The notes under the pieces: model-generated
Databases searched by the model: none
Seen by the model: only the letters and a program-made list of their open reading frames with translations
What the model was told of the DNA's origin: nothing
From: Monosiga brevicollis MX1
Taxonomy: Eukaryota
Direction: 5' to 3'
Assembly: GCF_000002865.3 (NCBI RefSeq)
Contig: NW_001865049.1
Coordinates: forward strand, 316,331-380,330
Length of the DNA stretch: 64,000 nucleotides
Part shown: in pieces, positions 56,050 to 64,000 of the stretch
Layout of the letters: the number at the start of each line of letters is the position of its first letter
How positions within the stretch are numbered: the stretch's first letter is position 1
Program-made: the position numbers and the translations under genes

Positions 56050-57571
56050 TTAAAGATCGCTGTTGCGGATGAACCGATTGCCCTCGGAATGGCGGCCATA
56101 ATAAACATATTTGCTCTTGCTCAGCGTCCCGCGGTGTGCGTGTGGATCGCGTTCTTGGTGGGGTAGTGGATTGAAGGACGAGCTGGCTTGATCAGCGCCC
56201 GCCGAATCTGCGCCGGCGTCGTGTCCTTCAGGCTCTTCAATCCGCACAATTTTCATGTAGCCCCCAATGCGACTCGCTTCCTTCACCTCCTGACGATGCA
56301 GTCAGACAAATAGCGAAAAAAACGACAGGTGACCTCGCGATGTTGCAGTGATCAAGGTGCTGTCGTGCAGCGCGGCAAACGGGTCGGCACCAGCAGAGTC
56401 AGCAAGAAAGCATATAGGACATACGTCAGCTGTGACGGGACGTGAGTCGAGAAACTTGAGATTGGGAAGATGGTGCAAGACAAAGTAGCTGTGCGATAAA
56501 ACCACGGTGATTAAGATGAATGAGCAAAGACGTTCTGATGCCGATCGTCTCACGCTCAAGTGTCCATATTTTAGTTTGTCTGTCTCCAACGCACCGATAG
56601 CGTTGGTAATCATCTTCATCTTTCTGCACGAGTTCATTGGGGCAGAGCTGATTGCCGAGTAAACTGAGAAACCTACACGAGCATGATGATAAAAGGGTGC
56701 ACAGCGATTGTCATGGAAAGCATGAATCCCTCGTCATTGGCAAGCATGGTCTGGCAACTCTATCAGAGGCCTTTGAAAAAAAAAAAGAAAAAAAAAATAA
56801 TAAATCAGGCACGCTGTGTGCGTACCGAAGATTTGGCGCCTTGGTGCGCACTTGTTCAAGAAGGTGGTCAAGGTTGGCCAACTGATTTTTGTTGAGGGAA
56901 AGCGTTTCAAGAGCAGGCATTTCCAAAGGAAATTCAAACTGGTCGTCCAAACAGTTGCCGTCCAGGATCTATAGAGGGACAAGTTGAGGGTTAGCGCATG
57001 CGCATGACGCATTGCTAGCAACGCGATGGCCCGCCACGCACCAACTCCTGAAGTCCAGTAAAGGGGGCAATGCCCTCCAGCGAGTTGAGCATGTTGTGTG
57101 AGAGATCCAGTCGGCGCGTGAGCGTGCCATAGCGCTCTGATAGGCAGACATTGAGCAAATCCCGAGAGTGCAGCACGGTGGTGAGGGTCAAGCTGATCCA
57201 GTATCGACGACATTGATCGGTTGCATGGTAGACAAGTAGGTGGTATACAGAAAAGGCAGGGCAACGTACGGCCAAGTTCGACCGGAAGGGCTTCCAGGTC
57301 ACGGTAGGCAGCGGAAATCTATAGATAATGAGGCTCAAATGATTCCCAACTGGGCATCTGCTTGGAACGCATAGAAGCAAACCGAACGTACCGTGCCGTG
57401 CTCGAGCGTCAGTCCTTCTGCGCAACAAATGCGATGGTGGAGGACAGTTGAGATAAATGAGCCAGATGGATGGTGCGGAACACACGGCCCGGCCACAGTG
57501 TCACATGACGCAGGTTACGCACGCAGTCTATCTTGGTCCTCGGGGGCTGCCCCAGCATCGGTCGGCTCCAT
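56050..57571 (-). CDS. LRMDA: Leucine-rich repeat protein LRMDA/C10orf11, multi-exon
   Basis: [70 protein letters not shown], and C-terminus [20 protein letters not shown] matching [24 protein letters not shown]. Confidence 0.9.
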
Positions 57572-57984
57572 GGCGGCAGTAGATGTGATATCTCATCAAG
57601 CCTGTTCCAACACCAGTCACGCGAGACAAGTCAATGTGAATGGCGTGCAATTGAACTTGACCATGCTCAGGCACTTTTCTTGCCCTTTCCCCGCACCACT
57701 TGGCGCACAGCGCCATTGGTAGGAAGCGCAGCTCCTGCTCCCCCGTCCATCCAAGCATGCGGCAGATCACTCAGACCCATAAAGCCAACAGGCACACGCT
57801 CGCGGCCACATCAAACCGAGTGAAAAGCAAAAGACGCACGTCGCAGCAACTCACGTCACAAGTTGCTTTGGGTCGCTGCCAAACAGGCGACAAGATAGAG
57901 TAGGCAACCAACCCACCACGACGCCACCAAAAAAAGTAAAAAATAAAAAAAATGTGCTTGTTGCCGCAAAGCAAGAGAGAGTGA

Positions 57985-58045
<61 letters not shown>

Positions 58046-58779
58046 CGTTTGGAATCTCTGAAAAAAGCAGAAAATTCTCATTATGCTTGCACATGTTGCG
58101 GTGCACATGGGCTTGCGTGAATGTTACGATTTTTTTTTTTCCAAAGTGTGCATGCGCTTTTGATTGAAACGAGGGCGAGCGGGGTTGACAAGCAGCGGGC
58201 GAGTTGAATGGCTTCTATGAAAGGGAGTCGATTAAAAGTTGGTAGCAAAAGCAAGGTGCAATCTGCGCCTAAGAAAAATGTGAAAACCAGAAGGATTAAA
58301 ACCTAAAACCAAGCCTTTCTTTGGGACAGGTCGGGTAGGCTATCGCATATGGATGACTAATAAAAGGAAGCACCCAGGGGTGTCACGGCCCATGGGATGA
58401 CGGACAAAGTCGATGCCGGCGCCGGCGCCATGTCAGGCCATGCAATGGCGGCGGCCTGGGAAACAAAACTCAATAGTCTGCAGAATAGTGCGGAGGGTGT
58501 CGTGGACCACAGTGTCAAAAACAACAAATAAACAAAATACGCAAACAACAGCCTGCACTGCAAGCAGGTCGAGAAGGAGCAGTCACACGCATGGACAAGG
58601 ACATGAACATAGACACATGCAAGCTAAAGGCCTTGCAAAGGGTCATCCATGGGCGTTTGAGCAAAATCAGGCTCGGAGAACGGGACGATTGTAAGAGGAC
58701 GCTGAGGAAAATGACAAGAGGAGGAATAACTCAAGCAGAAAAACGGAAAGACAACAACGTTAGCACAAGAAGCAACACG

Positions 58780-60725
58780 TCAGCTTCTTGCAGTAGCCGA
58801 TATGGGTGCCCCTGGAGGCCCTGGAATAAGGTGCGAGATGCGGTCTTGCCACTGTTGGGCAATGCTGGCGGACCGCGCCTCTAGGTCCCAGGTGCGGTCC
58901 GGGTTGACAATCAAGAGACGGTTGCCATCTTTGATTTGGATGGTCGTGGAGGCCTGAAGCTCGATGCGCCCCTTGAAATTGGTCGGTTCACCAGCATTGG
59001 CATCAAAGCCGGCGTAGTACTCGAGGCCCGTGGAAGTGAGAATACAATACCGGTTTTTTCGCCCCGTCAGCTGGATACCACCCGTCTGCAAAACACGTCA
59101 AAAGAAGGCAAACAGACAGGTCGCGTTATGTCACAGCCAGGTTGCTCCGCCGAGCTGAGCCGAGCGAGCCAAGCAACGCCAGGAGTAGCACGGCACGCAC
59201 CACTTTCCAACCACCCTTTTTCATAAACCACTCGCCCGACGATGCGCCAGCGCCGGCACCAGACACCGCGTTGGCAGCGTGGAGGCCGACTACGGGATAG
59301 TTGACGAGTGTCACTTCACCGCTACACACACACACACAAAACGAGGGCATGGGGGCGAGACCAACGCGAAAATGAGTGGAAAACAATCGCTATGTGCAGG
59401 TCATGGACCAATCTGTCTCAGCGAAGCAAACACGGGCCGCCTGAACCTCGCGGCACAGACCTGGCGTAGCCCACTGCGGCAGCTAGGACCTCGTCGTCAG
59501 CAGCGACGGCACAGCAAAGCGCGGTGGCCTGCATCCGACTCGCGTGCAAGACGTTGAGGGTGGCGGTCGACCACAACAGCAGCGTGCCATCGCCGCTGCA
59601 AGACACGGCCGTGCCGTCCTGGGCAATGGAAAAATCGGTGACCCAGTCTTCATGGGCGGCAAAGCTGGTAAAGGTTCGATTTCGGTCCCATATACCAATG
59701 AGGTGATCACTGCTGGCGGTAAAGAGTTTGTCCTGATACGTCTGTATCCGGTTGATGGGGGCACTGTGGCGGGTATCCCGGAACATGGTTTGGCCCTGTC
59801 GCCAATCAACAACATGCAGTGTGCCCTCAACATCCCCAAGAGCCAACGCGGTCTCGCCAAAGGCTTCACCGGGCGCACGGCTGCACAGCGATTTGACCAC
59901 GGCACCCCGGTGCAACCGATGAACGGGGCTTGCACCGGCGCGGGGATCAAAGAGCTGCAGCTGGCCACTCCAATCGGAGACGGCAAGCATATTTGATCCG
60001 CCGTCCGACACAAACGTGCACAGATTGACCCAATCTGAAAAGGCGGACATTGTCAAAAGAGATTGCTGTGTCTCTACATCCCAGAGGCGACATGTACGAT
60101 CACCCGATCCCGAAGCCAGGTGGCGGCCATCGGGTGCAAAGGCCAGGCAGCGCAGCCATTCATCATGGCCCACTAAAGCACCGCATTCGCTGCCATCTTT
60201 CAAAGACCAAAGTCGGGGTGTCTGATCAAATGAGCAGGTGCAGACGAGGCGACCTGTAGGGCAGCGAGACGAGGAAACGAGGCAAAGGTAGTACACACTG
60301 TGAGACGTTTCAGAAAGCCTTGCAGAGCAGCTTTGCCACCGGTTGGACCGGGAACAGCAAACTGAGTGGATGGGTGCAAGCGGAGATCGCGCTGACCTTG
60401 CGGGTCCACAGCCATGTCGGATATGGGTTGCTCATGAGCATTGATGGTAGCACGCTCGGAACCATCCGGTAGGTTCCAGAGGCGCACAACGCCATCACCC
60501 GATGCGGAAAGCAGCGTGTCGCCGCTCAAAGCCAGTCGCGCGACATCAATGGCATGGCTGCGAAGGTGCACCGTTGACTGTCACATCACCGACGCAAGGG
60601 AACGCGCCATGTTAGTTGAAAGCGGTGCCAAGGTTCTGGGTTGTTTGGGACATTGGTGAACAGGGGAGGGCGTGAAGAAACATTGAGCTGCGTACCGAAA
60701 CGGCTGTGTGCGCGCCATTAGCCAT
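58780..60725 (-). CDS. WD40-repeat protein with a C-terminal PH domain, multi-exon
   Basis: About seven WD repeats (LLSASGDGVVRLW, GHDEWLRCLAFAPDGRHLASGSGDRTCRLWD, etc.). Intron 59322-59460 joins in frame GYA|SGEVTLVNY...GEWFMKKG...RKNRYCILT...KGRIEL...RTWDLEA...QQWQDRI. The 3' end is uncertain. Confidence 0.78.
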
Positions 60726-61223
60726 GGCGACTGGCTGGCAGCTGTCTCTTCCACTGGCGTTGACAAAATGATGCGAGGGCAAGGAGGTCGTCGGGGCTAA
60801 TGCATCCGAAAAAGGGCGAACGGGCCGCCTCTAGTGTGCCATGATGGTGCTGCCACGTATTGGGATTGACGGCAGGGGCGCACGCGTTGGGGCTGATCCC
60901 AGCAGGCTAGATCGTAGACAAAGGCGTTTGGCCTTGTCGGATGGTCTCTTTTGCTCAAACCCCAGCTCAGAAATGCTGGGCAGCACCTGTGCCCCTTTTT
61001 ACGCTCGTCTGATATCAAATAGTGGCTGGGGTCGCAGGTGCACGGCTGGGAGGTGGTCAGAGTGGCCTTGATCGGGTTGACCTACAATAGAGCAAAAGGT
61101 CAGCTGGTCACCTTTCCAAGACCCGCTTCTCTGGCTCGAGTACAATCACTGCTTTTGCTGGTGCACCCCAACTGAAAGCCAGGGTCATCAGCGTGAGGGA
61201 GGCCCACCATCAGCACTCACCAG

Positions 61224-61227
<4 letters not shown>

Positions 61228-61269
<42 letters not shown>

Positions 61270-61452
61270 GAGCTAGAAGCGCAAGGGGGCATAGAGGGCT
61301 GCTGCTGCTGATGCTGCTGCCAATGATGATGAGAAGGAGGAGAAGGAGGAGGAGGAGGAGGAGGAGGAGGAGGAGGAGATGCGCTGAGCCACGGGCAGAG
61401 GCAGCTTGAGAGGAAGAGCACGGGTTAAGGATGAGGAGGATGAGGATGAGGG
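61228..61452. repeat. (GA)n, (CTG)n and (GGA)n simple repeats in a divergent intergenic region
   Basis: Directly visible. Confidence 0.9.
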
Positions 61453-61913
61453 AGGAGGTGTTGGACTGCTGATGATAACCGTGAATTGGACTCGAGGGCC
61501 AGTCTCCTAGTCTCCTAGTCTGCAGACAAGAATCAGATTCGTTGTAGTTGTCAGATAAAAGTGTCTTGCTTGCAAGCCAACCAGAAGGGAGAAGAAAAAG
61601 CGTAGCGACTTTTCTTTTTTCGCTTGACAAGGTCAGTGAACGGCCACGACACTTGCGGGCAGCACGGTCAGGGGCTCAAGGGCAGCGGGTATGCGGCAGG
61701 GCTGGGCTAAAAGGACAGATGTGTGCGCACGCATGGCATTGAAGCAGAGAGGCATGCTTATTATACGAATAATGCAGGGCAAGCGTGGGCTTGCGTTTTG
61801 GATATGCGGTGTGTATCGGCGGCTCATCATGTTTCATCTCTGGCCCGGCGCATTGGAACCGAATCAGAATCAGACAGATTGCCTTTGGACCTGAGCAAAA
61901 CATACCGTGCAGG

Positions 61914-62662
61914 ATGGCAGACGTATCCAAGAACCCGGAAAACAACATGCTGGAGGATGACGATGAGTTTGAAGAGTTCCCAAAGGAAGGTGGGTTTTTT
62001 TGGATCAGGTGGTCTTGGAGGCGGCTCGTCGGCGCAGCAGGTCTTGGCCTTTGCTCACCCATTGATTTATTTTTCCATCGTGGCATGTGTTGTATTGGGC
62101 CTTCGGTATAGATTGGACGGCCAGTGAGGAGGACGGCCAGCAAGCCCCTCAATGGCAAGATGACTGGGACGACGACGACACGGAGGATGACTTTACCAAA
62201 CTGCTCAGGTGAGCCAATTGTCTTTGAGCGTTCCTGCGAGATCTTGCTGTAACTCGAGGTTGTCAGGATTGACAACCGGGCCTCCGTGGCCCAGGGCGTG
62301 ATGACGACATTTCTTTCATCCCACATATGGGAGCTTGATTTGGTGGGACTGGGCCTGGCCTCCCCGTGCGGGTTGAGGCCGGCACAATCTCACCGTTTCT
62401 GAGAGTTTTATAACGTGTCAGCTGAGCGCCCAGCCGTTCTTGATTCTATTGTTTTCCAAAAGTCTCTCTTTGTGTTTTTTTTTGGTTCCTCTGCATGCTG
62501 CTTCTCTGTGTCTTGGTCAATTTCTTTAAATTCCCGACTTTGGACAACCACCCATGTTTTTTCATGGCGGAACGTTTAGAACCATGGCGCCGCGGCTCAC
62601 ATGCACACGTATTGTATCATTGTAGGGCGGAGCTGGAGAAGGCAAAGCAGGCGGCAAAGTGA
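61914..62662 (+). CDS. SEM1: 26S proteasome/TREX-2 subunit SEM1/DSS1 (3 exons)
   Basis: MLEDDDEFEEFPKE|DWTASEED...WQDDWDDDDTEDDFTKLL|RAELEK. Confidence 0.95.
62294..62431 (+). ncRNA. Candidate intronic box C/D snoRNA in SEM1 intron 2
   Basis: Box C GTGATGA (62298-62304), CTGA at 62399 and 62422, terminal complementarity GGGCG/CGCCC, internal hairpins. Confidence 0.5.
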
Positions 62663-63254
62663 ACGCGTCGAGTCAATTGCCGGTCGTTGTTGATGTTGTT
62701 GTAACGTGTAAACACGAGGCGTGTAGGCGCTCGGTGTGGGTGGCTGCCCCTCGGTGGGCAGATTGCATCCGAGCTCGTCGATTGCACCTTTGACAGATCC
62801 TTCTGTTACCATGTGCACTTGATGCCAAGTTGAAGCCATTCTGGCTGTGCCACGATGGTTCTCATAGCCGACGTGAATGAAAAATTTACCGTGTCAGCCT
62901 CCACGTGTATCTCTGCTTGTATCCGCACCACGGGAGACATGCTGGCCCCTCCTTTGATGTTGGCAACCGGTCGGTGCAACTGGAAATGCTAGGGACTAAG
63001 ATTGACGGCGGGCAGATGTTGTTACAACTGAATGATTAATTATTAAAAAAATTAAGTTGACACCACGCCACAGTACAAGGGAGGGCCCGGGGTCAGCTGG
63101 TGATGAATGGGCGAGACACAGGAATTCACTGATGAGAAGCTGCTCTCTCAACGTCATTTAGAGCACAGGCAGCAGAGAGTTGCGCCTGGTATCCGTTTTG
63201 AGGGTGTTGTGCAACAGGCAAAGGAGAAGCAAAGGGAAGGACGTTGTCGTGGGG

Positions 63255-64000
63255 TCACAGCTCAAACATTTCGTCAGTGTGACCTTGCAATAGCCCGTCG
63301 TCATGGTTGCTTGAGTAGACTGATGTCAATGGGATGCCCATTGACTTGTCTTCGGGTTCTTCCTCACGTTCATCCACAGGAATGACTGCGCGTGGACGGT
63401 ACTGCACCGGTTGCGAGCTATACTCGGACATCCACTTGCTTTGGCTGCACAGCCATTCAACAGAGCGTGGATCATGGTTAGGGTGACAAGGGGGGGGGGA
63501 CGGCAAGCAGGTGGCATAAACTCGGAGGAGGGGAGAGAGCCATCGGTGTACCTGAGCGTGGATTCCGTTTGTTCCTTCACGGCACCAAACTGCAGGTCAA
63601 AGCGGGCGAGAAAATCGTCAACCGAGGGCGTGGCCGTAGTGGTCGCAGCCGATGCATCGGAGCTGCGTCGGGATGTGTTGCGTGACTTGACATCCACCAC
63701 TTTGTGTTGTGGCAAGGGCTGGGTCACGCCGGGTAATTGGAGATAGGGGCGTGCAAAAATCGAGTCTTGCGCATACATTCGGTTCGCCTCGAGAATGGAG
63801 GCCGCCTGGCATTCGAGCAACACAGACCACAATCAAGCGATGGGCGATGAGCGATGAAGGATGAAGGCTCGCTGGTGGCTTGAAGTCAGGGTGCCATGGC
63901 AGACAGGCAAGGACGTGCACGGTGCTGATCAGCGGCGCAAGCTGGGGCCAAAAGTAAGGGCTTACCGAGAGGCCATACTGCACACCCAGCGACTCGAGCG
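63255..64000 (-). CDS. LysM-domain protein, LYSMD1/2-like; 5' part outside the window
   Basis: SLESLGVQYGLS|AASILEANRMYAQDSIFARPYLQLP (LysM), SVDDFLARFDLQF, C-terminal DEMFEL* resembling LYSMD1 DEIFKL. Confidence 0.8.

Overview
Eukaryotic, gene-dense, intron-rich DNA (short GT-AG introns, frequent GTGCGT/GTACGT donors, many microsatellites, one N gap at 17945-18464). Gene content (SH2-bearing myosin, GIT, OSTM1, LRMDA, Caskin/ANKS1-like) points to a unicellular holozoan, most likely a choanoflagellate such as Monosiga; this is inference. I assembled about 19 protein genes by hand-splicing exons, plus a tRNA-Arg(TCT) and a candidate intronic box C/D snoRNA. CDS coordinates are gene spans including introns. 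All family assignments are from recalled consensus motifs, not database searches. The most unusual items are domain architectures: F-BAR-PH-C2-RasGAP; a degenerate DH domain with two CRIB motifs and no PH; myosin-SH2-SH2-SAM-ankyrin; a GH3 glycosidase with a PAN/Apple domain inserted in its Fn3-like domain; a GIT lacking the paxillin-binding domain; an OSTM1 with its own dileucine-bearing long tail; and an intronless DUF5765-like membrane protein.
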